From Diploschistes diacapsis (lineage: Eukaryota), in assembly GCA_023645945.1 (NCBI GenBank), contig JALAIB010000073.1, positions 1 through 35,465 of the forward strand: a stretch of 35,465 nt of DNA. The letters are read 5' to 3'. Below the pieces are notes generated by a model. It made no database searches, was not told the DNA's origin, and saw only the letters and a program-made list of their open reading frames with translations. The position numbers and the translations under genes are program-made. Positions 10,996 through 21,714 of this stretch are shown here, in pieces (position 1 is the stretch's first letter; each line of letters begins with the position of its first letter).

Positions 10996-11831
10996 TCACT
11001 TCCTCTTCCCCAACCCCGGTACCAACCTCCCCCAGTCCCTGACCTTGAGCACGTCCCTCAGGGTAGCACTGACCCTCAACCCTCTTTTCAGACTCCCTCC
11101 CTGCCTCTCGCACTCATTTCTCGACTCCTCCCTCAGTAAACTCCAATTGACCATTGTTTCTTCGTCCAAACCCTCATCAGACTTTACCTCCCCGATACCA
11201 TGCAATGTCCCACTGTATAGCTCTCCCGTTGAAACGAGCAGACTGCGCCGTTCCTGCAATATCCGCCACTTGGCCTTGCTCGCTTTGATGCCTGTTCGAG
11301 GGTCCTTGTCGTAGATATCCAGCACTGTGTGTGATCCCATCGAGACAGTAGCGACTATAGGGTAGTAAGCCGGGCCATCCTCGTGGGGGAATATGCCCAC
11401 GCCTGGCGGATACTCGTTTACGAGGACGTGATTTGGACGACGGTGGGGCGAGGCGGAGAAGAGATGCTGCTTTGACGGTTCTGTGGCAGCGGAGGAGAGC
11501 GGGATGCTTGTGAGGCGAGAAATGACGGGGTTTTCGAGCCAGGAAGGGAGTTGGCCGGTCGACATTTCATTTCTGGTCGAAAGCAGAGAGGGATAGACCT
11601 GAAGGCGGCGGTGGGAGAGTTGGGTCCAGGCCGAGGCCGGACGCGTGGTAATCTGCAGCATCACACTAAGCCGTGTTAGCTGGAAATGGGAGGAAGGCAT
11701 ACCTTGTCGAGGATGTGGGCTTCTTCTGACTCGCTAATGAAGTCCGAGATATAGTAGGCTGTGTCAGGTACGCCAGCAACCCGGACAGCTGAGAGCGAGG
11801 GCGGTAGGTTGAGAACACCCCGATCAGACAT
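10996..11831 (-). CDS. 2OG-Fe(II) dioxygenase, AlkB family (ALKBH6-like), 2 exons
   Basis: Exons 11831-11703 and 11652-10996. Motifs YYISDFISESEE, WTQLSHRRLQ, PNHVLVNEYPPGVGIFPHEDGPAYYPIVATVSMG (HxD), LHGI and RVSATLR. Confidence 0.9.
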
Positions 11832-12610
11832 TGCTTCCTCCTGGTTACTTTAGAGTTCCGAGAAAAGAATTACATTACACGGGGTGTGAAAGGATCCAAG
11901 GCACGTTTGATATACATGATGGTATGATAGGAATATAACAATGTCATAGAGAAGCCAAGAAACCATAGAACAGATAAAAGAAAACAAGATGGGCCTGATC
12001 AACGTACAAGGAGCTGTAGAAGTAACGTAGTCTAACCATAAAGACCTGGAGAGCTACAAGGTACCAAAATTGTTGAATATCTACGTTCAGCAACCGAACC
12101 AGGAGACCCGATTAAGCAACTAGAAATATCCTTCTGCACGACGAATTGCTCCTGGGCTCCATGTCGTAACATAGCTTTTCTAACAGTACAGATTTTGAAC
12201 ATTGATTTCGTAGAGGGGATGGAGCGATAGCGTACATAGCTCGTACGTAGTACATTGCCAAGCTCAGATGGGAACTAGCCTAATGTTGATACAGCATAAA
12301 CAGATACTTCCTAGAATCAGTAGCAACAAACCCGGCCATTATAGGACCAGAAATCGTAAGCGCATGCTCATAATATCTTTTGGTTACCCTTTTGAGAGCG
12401 ATGGAAGTCGTCGAAATCCATTGCGATCCCAAGGCAGTCATGAAATTGCCGCCCAGCTGATGCTGAGAGACCAGTTGCAGGATATTAGGCTGATAAAACG
12501 CCCCTTTAACTGTTGCTCCACTACGCTAAATCTGCTCCAAGTCTTTGATCAAGCATGGGCCGAACCAGCGCAATGGTGGGACCTTTACCGCCAAAGAGAA
12601 GACTTTCCAT

Positions 12611-14830
12611 TCAATTCGAGCTAACAACACGCTCGCCAATGGCTGGGAATGAATGCCTAGATCGATATTAGCTGCCGCGGAGGAAGACATACGTACCATA
12701 TCACCTACCCCATAAGATCGATTGGCAGACCATCATCATCCACTTTCTCGGGACTGGCAGCTCTCGGAACAGCTGAATTAGCGGAGTTCCCATTGATTCG
12801 ATTGTCTGCTGGAGGGGCTCTTGGCCTGGTAGGGCTACCGTCCGCAATGGCTGGAGGAGGGCTGCTGCTACGCAGAGCTGCACTGTGTGCTTCCTGACCA
12901 GGTTTGAGAGGGCTGGAGTCGAAAGGAAATGGTTTGCTATTTAAGTCAATATGCCACAGATTAGGACTGCTCTGCGGGAGCCATTGACTTGGAAGTTTCG
13001 CAGTGCTGGGCATCGTGAATCGAGGTTCGGTGCGTTGGGGAGCAGGCGTGTAGTAACTATATCCTTGGCTAGGCTCGGCAGCAAGGTACATTTGCGAAGA
13101 TAGAGGGAGTGGGGATCCTGCGGCAGCGGCACGCTGGGAGAGATACGGCTGGTTTCTTGGTAGTGGAGTTGAATCATCTGACAGTTGCGGAAGCGGTTGA
13201 TGATGGTCGAAGGCAGAACTCTGCGGTACACGAGAGGGTGTTTGAGCGCCGCGAGCATTTACTCGTGGAGGGGCCAGAGGAGAGGTATCTGCTCGTGGCA
13301 GACCATTTTGAAAGCCGTCAACGGGGGGTGTCTTCTTCCTGGGGCTCTTCCGAGGTGCAGGCGAATTTGGATTTGAGGATTGGCGAGCACCCCCACGACT
13401 AGTAGTCTTCAAGCCTTCTTTCTTGAACGCCTCTTTTCGATCTTCTACGATGTACCACAAGCCTCCCTTCCCCGGTTCGTGCGGCAAGCGAGGCATCTTA
13501 GCGAAGGCCTGGTTCAAGGAAAGATTGTGACGAATAGAATTCTAGACAAAGTTAGGATATGTGGGCTTCATGAAGAAAAGTAAAAAATTCTCACCTGCCA
13601 GCCTTGCTCGATGTGACGGTAATAAGAAAAATTTGTCTTGATCCATTCATAGATACCGTTGAGCGACAGTTTCTCCTCCGGATGCGACAAGATAGCCTGG
13701 CTAATAAGCGTAGCATAACTCATGGGCGGCTTGATATGTTTTACAGCATCCGATGAATAGTCCATATGCTCATTACTTTCCATGGACGCGTTCGGGTCAA
13801 ATGAGGTTGTTGTTGTTGTTACTGCTGCTGCTGCTGTAGCAGCAGTCTGTGTGAGGTAAGGTGCGGACATAATAGATTTGATCGGAGTGGATGGACGAGC
13901 TGCATAAGTATCGACTGTGGTGGGATCGCCTTGCCGTGATCCCTGCGGTGCGTATGGCGAAATATGAGTGGGAGCTTCGTAAGTGGGCTGTAGCTCGGGC
14001 TTGGGCAGAGGATGTCCATGAAGCTGCTCTTCAGCTTGATATACCAAGTGCTTCCGATTAGAGTATTGTTCGTGGACCTCAGCTTGGACATCAGGAGACA
14101 CAAAAATCATTTCTGTTCCGTCAATTTCAATGACATCGCCACTTTTTAAAGGCTGCGTGTGAGACTTTTTCAGAAGCTGATCATTGATTCTGAGAGCGTT
14201 ACGCCCATGGACCGCAATATGCCAGCGCTCGTCAGCCGAAACATAGTACACTTTCGCATGGAGCCTTGAGACCGCCTTGTGGGGACCTAAATCAATCTGC
14301 GCCTCATTTGAATCCGTATCGTCGATCTCCGAGTGCCCAACCTCCGATTGTCGTTTGGAGGGCCCTTCATTGGACGCTCGTCCGATGTTGATTGAAGCTT
14401 GAGTAACATAGAACGTCCATTTCTTGCCAGCAATCTTTGCGAAAGCGCTGACCACTTTATTCTCGTCGTCAGTTGGAAAGTGCTCGATGACTGCGACCGG
14501 TTCGCTGGATTCTTTCAGAAAGGGGATGACTAAATCGGCTGCCTCAGTCAGCCTGGCCGTTTCTCTTGAGCTGTCAATGTCAGAGCTCTCCTCGTTCTCT
14601 GTGTCGTCTGTCGCCTGTGGTTCGGATTTTGGGCGGGAGGTTTTGGTATTGTTAACATTGCTCGTCTGTTACAACCATGAGCGAAAAACACATCATAAGA
14701 GATTGGAGTATTGGCTTACTCTGCGCCGCTTTGCAGTTCGGGATGGAGATGATTTTGGTGCGTCCGCATCTGAGTAGCGCGTGGTCGTTACTCGCTTGCG
14801 GGCACTGCGACGTTGCGCAGACCCGGGCAT
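12611..14830 (-). CDS. FHA + forkhead transcription factor (Fkh1/Fkh2-like)
   Basis: Exons 14830-14720, 14665-13595, 13541-~12709 plus a short, uncertain last exon (~12656-12611). FHA motifs AFAKIAG...IGR...VSRLHA...GRN and forkhead KPPMSYATLISQAIL...LSLNGIYEWI...WQNSIRHNLSLN. Confidence 0.9.
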
Positions 14831-15416
14831 TGCTGACGACAGGAGCAAGCGTTCGCGGCAAAGAAACGGATGATTGACCCCAAAGTGTAGTTTCAATGAG
14901 TATTCTTAGAGATGGCGCGATGGAAGCTCCGTCAAGAACTATTAGAGTGCTTGTAAATACTCGAGTCCGAGGTTCAGTGTTGACCTTGGCGGGCTGACGT
15001 CGGTTGGCGCGAGATAACCAATTCGGCGTAAACAAAAACGGTCATGCAAGAAACGACACAGAACTTGGGACTGAGATTTAACAAGACAAGACACATCGAG
15101 CCCAAAGAATGTGTGTTATATGAATGATCCCGAGATCGGCATGATTGCCATACACCATGAGGACAAGTCTGTGTTGAAATTGGAATGCAGGTGCAGCTAA
15201 AGATAATTATCGCGTAAATTTCCAAGGGACACGCGACGTCCCGGGCTTTAGATAACCTTAATCTAAAGTCCGATACTATACAGTCAGTACACGTGACCAG
15301 GGATTCTAACCTCTCATCTGTACTAGTGAATGAATGGTAACAGCGAAAGGGTATTCAAGTTACCTCCTGCTGTATCTCTGTATAAGCCAAGATTGTTGTG
15401 AAATAAAGCAACTATG

Positions 15417-17020
15417 CTATTCTAATCGACGTATCTTGCCTCTTGAGCGATTACCCTTTACGTCTCGTCCTTCTTCTATCCCAATAACAACCTCTCTCTT
15501 CTTCTCACCAACGATCTTCAGAGCGTCGCGCACAACTCGGGTCTCGATGTTGACATTCTCTTCTTGGTATTCCACCATCCTGCCCCTCACACGTGCTTCA
15601 ATAGCAAGCACCAGCTCTACGTCCCGCTGACCAACCATTGTCACCGACTCGCCCTTCCGCCCTGCTCTTGCGGTTCTTCCTACTCGGTGAATGTAATCAT
15701 CTGGGTTTCGCGGGACATCATAATTGACAATCAAGTCCACTTCAGGAATATCTAATCCTCTGCTTGCGACGTCCGTCGCCACGAGAATTCTAGACGCGCT
15801 AGCTCGGAAACGAGATAGGTTTGAATTTCTTTCAGATTGCGGTAGTTTCGAATGAAGCGAAGTAACCTTGTGATCGAGGTTCCTGAGGAGACGTTCTAAT
15901 AGATCGGCTGTTGCGGTCCGATTGCAAAATACAATGATGCTCTTTCTCGATACGTTAGCAGGTGTTGAAAGTAAGATGTGTAGATAAGCTTCTCGATAAG
16001 TCAGTGGGACCTGAAGGTATGTTTGATGCAGAGTAGATGGAATAGCGAGGTTCGAGGATGCATCGATTTCACACACAAAGATCGGTGGTTTGTGATTTGG
16101 CCGGGGTAACTCTTTCAAAGCCATCACTTCTTGTGTTAGCGTAGCCGTAAAGAGACACGTCTGTCTCTGCTCAGCAGGCGGAAGACAGCTCAAGCAAGTC
16201 TCTACGTCTGGAAGCATACTGCCAGGCCCAGGCGCGAGTAAACGATCGGCCTCGTCTAGCACAACGATACGACATCGACGAAGGCCTATTGTTGTGTCAC
16301 CTCCCGAAGTCTTTATATGGTCCGCCAGTCTTCCAGGGGTAGCAATGACAACATGGGGCCTCGAAGCAAGAGCGAGTGCCTGCGGTCTCATTTCTGTGCC
16401 TCCGGTAATCAGGATAGCCTTGAGCGCTTGCGGTGCCGATATTGCATTGAATTGCTCAAATATTTGGAGTGCAAGTTCCCTACAGAGACGTTACAACCAC
16501 CTGCAGAAACCTCTTGTAGGGTCTGGGATTACCTAGTGGGAGTCAACACAATCGCAAAGATACCCATAGGATCTTCTGCCCATTTCTGGAGAATGGGGAC
16601 CGCGAACGCTACAGTCTTCCCTGAGCCAGTTCTGCTACCACCAATGACGTCTCTACCGTTCAAGATTTCTGGAATGCATCCTTTCTGAATAGCAGTGGGC
16701 CTTAGTATGGCCATGTTGGCGAGTGAAGCGATGAGCCACGGAGCAACATCGATAGTTGCGAAACTCGATCTAGCATCCACAACTTTACCGTTGCTGATTT
16801 CAATTTCCGCAAGAACTGCTGATGCCGAAGGCAGGCCATTTGCGCGTGGCTTGATCCTCGATGTGGTTGATGAACTTTGGGGCCTCACACTGGGATTCTC
16901 TTCACTGGAATCAGGGTCTGATAGCCGTCTTCTTTTTCTAGGATGCTGATGGGTATCTTGACCAGTTTCGTCTGTGAGCTCGACAGAGCTTTGCACGTCC
17001 AAAGAAACAGCGGTGGCCAT
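15417..17020 (-). CDS. dbp8: DEAD-box RNA helicase DBP8, 2 exons
   Basis: Exons 17020-16533 and 16479-15417. Motifs [74 protein letters not shown] and FTAT are typical of fungal Dbp8. Confidence 0.92.
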
Positions 17021-17578
17021 AACCGCCAGGGGAAATGCTGTTTGAATAATTAAACAGTATCCAGTATCTACTATATAGTAGGTACTTTGCCCATTCAAGA
17101 AGGTTTTTTGCTGACCAGCCACTCAGTAGATCGTGGCCCGGGTGAAGCCCCCGGCATGCACGCTTGTGTAGCGAGCTGGTGCCACCACCCAGTCAGGCCC
17201 GGAGATACCGGGTATGGCTCCTCAAACAACATCTTGGTCTCCTTCTGCACTTTGCTGTGATGGATTCCTAGACCTGCGAATAGTCTCTTCCAACATGTTC
17301 TCAAGGTATTCTACTATTTCTATTTCTCAACGTTGCTGCCCATTTCCCCTATGCAACCCTTCAAATAGACATATGTGAGTCAATTGATGGCTCGGTCAGT
17401 TGCTTAGACGTTTGTGAGTCAAGTCTTGGTGACGAAACTATAAATGCTCTTTCATTGTTTCCTACTTTACAACTAACTACCTGTGGTCCTTCAAGTCCCA
17501 GCAAGTTTGTCTTTTTGTTGATTTCTCTATCCTGCTCTTGTAGAAGCCGGCTTGGAGCACAAACCGCCCTTCAGAATC

Positions 17579-19375
17579 ATGGCTTTAAATCCAGACTTGG
17601 ATAACCAACGCGAGGCAATCCCAAACATATGCACCCGTCTTGTAGAGGAATATGAGGAAAAGTTATGCTTAGGGAGAAAAGCTCTACATTATCTGGCAGC
17701 CTGCCTCCTTGGAGAGAGTTATGAAGAAGCATGTTCACCAGCGTTCCCTGCCACACCAGCCTTCGTATCCAATAATACGGGCGTTATAACTGGCTTAATA
17801 CCAGTTGGATTCTACGCGCTGCACCTATGGACTGGTTCAGAACCGATAACGTGCTGCGTTGTTGGTACTCCTTCGGACACGACTTTCTACAGCTTAGCGA
17901 AAAAGGGCTTTCGCAAGTCCGAGCAATCTCGCATTACTGTTGAGCGGAGCAGCCTGAGAGACGCCGAGTTTGACCTGAATGTCGATTCGATCTCTGTACG
18001 CTTGAGATACCATCAGAACCCATTGATTGGTCAATGGGCGGGACTTGACGATGTGAACCTGGTCCACAAAACATTAAAAGAACTGCCAAGGGAATCTCAA
18101 CAACGATTCGCAGAGGTCGAAACGATAAACAAAGTTGCTAGGTCTATTGATGGTACTCTAATGCCCTCCAAATTCTGGATCACTCACTGGTGGGCTGCGA
18201 TTCATGGGCTCATATCTCATGCATTTGGTGGTCTAACGGAGCCCGAGATCCTAGCATTAACCTTCGAAGCTATGGAGCGAAAGCCTAATGGGGGCGAGGA
18301 CACGACTCAGTTCGTATCTGCTATTTGCGGTGTGCGAATCGATTCGCTATCGCTAAGCCAAAGAGCAACAGACTTGGGCTTGCCTAAGGTACGATTGACT
18401 GATAACAAGTGCGCACTCATCCGACGAGGGCAATCAAGGATGCTCGATTTGCTCTTCGGAGACCATCTCTCCGTGTGCGACCTTAAGGCGCAATGGCCTT
18501 TCTTTCTTTCCTCATGGGAAAGGTACATTCGCATTGACCTTTCTTTCTGGGGTGCGTCGGCAATTAAAGGTGGCCGTTTTTTTAAGGCTGTGGAACATGC
18601 TATCTCTAGATTATCCGAACGTCTAGTCAAGCACTGCCGAAACGTCTCCTTCCATGTCTGGCCAGTGCCCTTTGTTTCTAGCTCTTGGAGCGATCCAGAT
18701 AAGATCGAGGACAAAATCTCTGGAATTCTTTATGAGACCTCTTTTTTTATAGGCTGTGGTATGTTGGTCTCAGGCGTACAATCTGTCTTTCCGGATGACG
18801 ACACGGTCTCAAAGTGGTTCATGAAAGGCCTTGAAAGCGCTGGATGGGATGACTTTACGTCTGCTTACACACACGCTGAGATTATTGAAAAGGTCGATGC
18901 CTTTGGTCTCGTACCTGACAATAAGAAGTGGGGCCCTGTTCCTGAAGAACAGCAGCGAAATGATTCTAGTGGCGAAGAATCCGATTCGGAACAGATTGAC
19001 CCATTTTCAACATCTCGAACTAAGCCAACAAAGCCAACGTCCAATGCGAACATATCGAAGCTTAAAGCACTGGATCTTGATGACTCCGCGATAAGCTCAT
19101 GTCAGCCACTTCGTCCGGCACTGGATGTTCTTCACCGAATACAACACGATATGGCGCTGGATACCACCGATTACATAATTGGCTATCTCGATAGACATAC
19201 TGGACTTCAAGAAATGCCGTTTGAGTGGTGGGTCAGCAAGGATGCAACTTCAGAGGAGTTTATCCCCCAAAGCAGAATTCGCTACTTCAAACGGAAGTCA
19301 GATAATGTGCTGGTTTGGGATCGCGACGGAAGAAAAGATTTAATATTCGGAAGCGGTAGAGTTGATAAGCCTTGA
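17579..19375 (+). CDS. MJ1316 (RNA cyclic-end recognition, LENG9-like) domain protein with degenerate poly(A)-polymerase-like N-terminal region; intronless, ~598 aa
   Basis: C-terminus LRPALDVLHRIQHD...DYIIGYLDRHTGLQEMP...EFIPQSRIRYFKR...VWDRDGRKDLIFGSG matches the MJ1316 pattern. The N-terminal segments LIPVGFYALHLWT...ITCCVVG and WAAIHGLISHAFGGL echo PAP catalytic and central motifs. Confidence 0.75.
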   Translation: MALNPDLDNQREAIPNICTRLVEEYEEKLCLGRKALHYLAACLLGESYEEACSPAFPATPAFVSNNTGVITGLIPVGFYALHLWTGSEPITCCVVGTPSDTTFYSLAKKGFRKSEQSRITVERSSLRDAEFDLNVDSISVRLRYHQNPLIGQWAGLDDVNLVHKTLKELPRESQQRFAEVETINKVARSIDGTLMPSKFWITHWWAAIHGLISHAFGGLTEPEILALTFEAMERKPNGGEDTTQFVSAICGVRIDSLSLSQRATDLGLPKVRLTDNKCALIRRGQSRMLDLLFGDHLSVCDLKAQWPFFLSSWERYIRIDLSFWGASAIKGGRFFKAVEHAISRLSERLVKHCRNVSFHVWPVPFVSSSWSDPDKIEDKISGILYETSFFIGCGMLVSGVQSVFPDDDTVSKWFMKGLESAGWDDFTSAYTHAEIIEKVDAFGLVPDNKKWGPVPEEQQRNDSSGEESDSEQIDPFSTSRTKPTKPTSNANISKLKALDLDDSAISSCQPLRPALDVLHRIQHDMALDTTDYIIGYLDRHTGLQEMPFEWWVSKDATSEEFIPQSRIRYFKRKSDNVLVWDRDGRKDLIFGSGRVDKP

Positions 19376-19588
19376 ACTATCCAACTAAATAATAACAATT
19401 GGCTCTGCACGCCTTCAGGTCTATAGGCCTAACGTGGGCTGTTATGGACATAGTCTGTTTTATGTTGTCCTGTGCATTTTCAAACACCAAGCAATATGTG
19501 CTCCTTTCCGGCTATTCGCTGGCTGTTAGTCTGGGGCTTGTAGCTCTGCCGAACTCTTCTACCGACCAGTTCCAACCTAATAAGGCCC

Positions 19589-19914
19589 TACCCAAGCCTT
19601 TAGAAATTCGGAAGTTTTTATATTTCAGTAGCAGCGTCTGCCTACTTTAAGAATGGAAAGCTCGAAGCACCCTCTGAGCCTTTATTGCGCTTATCCAGTA
19701 CGCCTACGGGGTCCCTTCATCCCCTCCTCCGAACAATAAAGCATCTGGCACCTTCAGCCCAGTAGTGGATGACCGACTGTTCGCCTGCTAGTTGGGGGCT
19801 CGAAGCTCTTCCGAAACCTCTCATTACTGATTACCTTCAGCCATACCCAAGCCTTTAGACACTTCCAAAAAAGAGGCCTTATGCAAGAGATATTTCAGTA
19901 ACGCCTGAAGCACC
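19589..19914. repeat. Degenerate direct repeat pair (~255 bp offset)
   Basis: TACCCAAGCCTTTAGA at 19589 and 19844; ATATTTCAGTA at 19620 and 19890; GAAGCACC at 19664 and 19907; all collinear. Confidence 0.6.
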
Positions 19915-20432
19915 TTCCCAACCTTTTCGCCGCTTACCTAATTACTTCCGAAGCTTTTGCTGATGCTTTTACTACGCCGACCTACCTACTAACCTGGGGA
20001 GGTGCTTCACACACTTCTTCTTTCAAGTTCCGTACAGCCCGCTGTCACCGTTATCGACAGAAACCTACGTAGGATACGATGCCTGAGCATACGACAAATA
20101 AGCATGAGGAGGACTTTATTTGTCCAGACAGCAGGCGATTGACAGATAGAACGATTGGACGATTATCGGCTATTTTCAGCCTGATGCGTTTTTACCAAAA
20201 ACTTAAGATAGACTTTTATGCCCAGTAGTGGCCCGCGATAGGCCTTTAGGGCTTTGGTCGTACGGAATCAAAATACTGTTATGTGTTTCTGTCATACTGA
20301 AGCATTATGTGCAGTACTGAGATTCCGAACAACTAAACCAGCCAGCTCCATTAGAGCAGCTATATCAGCGGAAACCTTCATCGTTCATCGAAGCCAGTAT
20401 CCACCCGCCTAATCGAATCAAGCTGACTTCGA

Positions 20433-20454
20433 ACACACACACACACACACACAC
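20433..20454. repeat. (AC)11 microsatellite
   Basis: Directly visible, just downstream of the stop codon of the minus-strand gene ending at 20490. Confidence 0.95.
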
Positions 20455-20489
20455 GTAGATTGGCATCCTAATGCGCCAGTATCGTAGAA

Positions 20490-21377
20490 CTATTGGCGCC
20501 CCACCACCGGCGCGAATGGATTCCCCGCCGTGGCCCTCGTTGCATGCATCACATCCGACCCCTCGGCCGCAGCCAATCCGGCATGAGCGTCCGATGCAAT
20601 GCACGCAAAAAAAACAAACAGCAGCATCACGATGGTCGTGATCAAAGTGCCCACGAACAGCGCGCAGGCCACGGCCTCGGCCGTCGACCCTTCGTCCGCC
20701 GAACCCGAACCCGAATCCACGCCGGCTCGCTGCCTCTCTTCCTCCTCCTGCACGTCGTGGCCGATGGCGGCCCCGATAGCGAGCAGCAGGACCGTGACGT
20801 TGCCGGCGCCGTAGACGACAAGGGCCCCTTTCGTGGTTCCCGACACCAGGCCCGACGTCCCGAAGCCGAGGCCCATGATGGCCGCTGCCAGCATGTGCAA
20901 CATCAGCATGTAGGTGACGATGGGGAGGATGCCTTCCGCGCTGCACAGCTTGTGGTTGGCGGCGTTGACCTGTTTCTGATAGGCGGAGGCTGTGCGGGAG
21001 TGTGCTTTGGGCGAGGAGGAAGGCGATGGGGGTGATGTTAGCGCTGGTGCTGCAGGTGCGGGTGCAGATGCCGATGCTGGTGCTGGCGCCGCCGCCTTCG
21101 CTGTCGTGGATACGGTAGGAACATGAGCAGAGGCCATCGCGATGGGTAGGAAAGGGACCTGGCAAGCAGGAGGGTCGGTCTGGAATCCCACGTCTGCGCG
21201 CTCCGTGTCGTCTGCCTGGTCGAAGGCAGTGGTACTTGGGGGCGTGAGAATCGAAGCGGTATCCGACTCGAGGTCGGAATCTGGAGAGGCGATGTTTTGT
21301 ATATCGGTCGAGGTGTCTTGCTCTTTCACTAGAGGCGACGCTTGGCTTGGATCGCTATGTAGGGCTTTGGAATCCAT
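20490..21377 (-). CDS. Hypothetical membrane protein (disordered N-terminus, ~3 hydrophobic segments), 295 aa
   Basis: Intronless ATG ORF with hydrophobic stretches ILPIVTYMLMLHMLAAAIMGLGF, ALVVYGAGNVTVLLLAIGAAI and VACALFVGTLITTIVMLLFVFFACIA. Confidence 0.6.
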   Translation of the reverse strand: MDSKALHSDPSQASPLVKEQDTSTDIQNIASPDSDLESDTASILTPPSTTAFDQADDTERADVGFQTDPPACQVPFLPIAMASAHVPTVSTTAKAAAPAPASASAPAPAAPALTSPPSPSSSPKAHSRTASAYQKQVNAANHKLCSAEGILPIVTYMLMLHMLAAAIMGLGFGTSGLVSGTTKGALVVYGAGNVTVLLLAIGAAIGHDVQEEEERQRAGVDSGSGSADEGSTAEAVACALFVGTLITTIVMLLFVFFACIASDAHAGLAAAEGSDVMHATRATAGNPFAPVVGRQ

Positions 21378-21714
21378 GTAGTTTAGACAAGGGTAAAAAT
21401 GTTGTTGCGTGATGGGAAGAAAGTTGGCTGGAACTGCTCGGATAGCTTGGAGAAACTAGTGAGCATATTTGCATTCGGAAATGGTCACTGCGCTTTGGCC
21501 AGTATGTCCTGCGAACCAAAGGTACCGAAAGTCAAGATATGGACTGACCCATTCCCCCCCACAAGGCACATTCTATAAGGCAGATGTTCAACACAACTTA
21601 TCTATTAGCTATACAACCTTGATGGGTTGATACCTACTTTACAATTCTTAATATTCGTGCTCTACCCACAAGCGAAATACAAAGGTCCGTTCCTGTGGGT
21701 AGACGGGGATCAAT

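Noticed and set aside
20093..20190. GACAAATAA/TTATTTGTC hairpin and ATGAGGA...CTGA snoRNA-like boxes
   Set aside because: Variant C box lies in the hairpin loop, terminal stem is weak, and no rRNA complementarity was identified.
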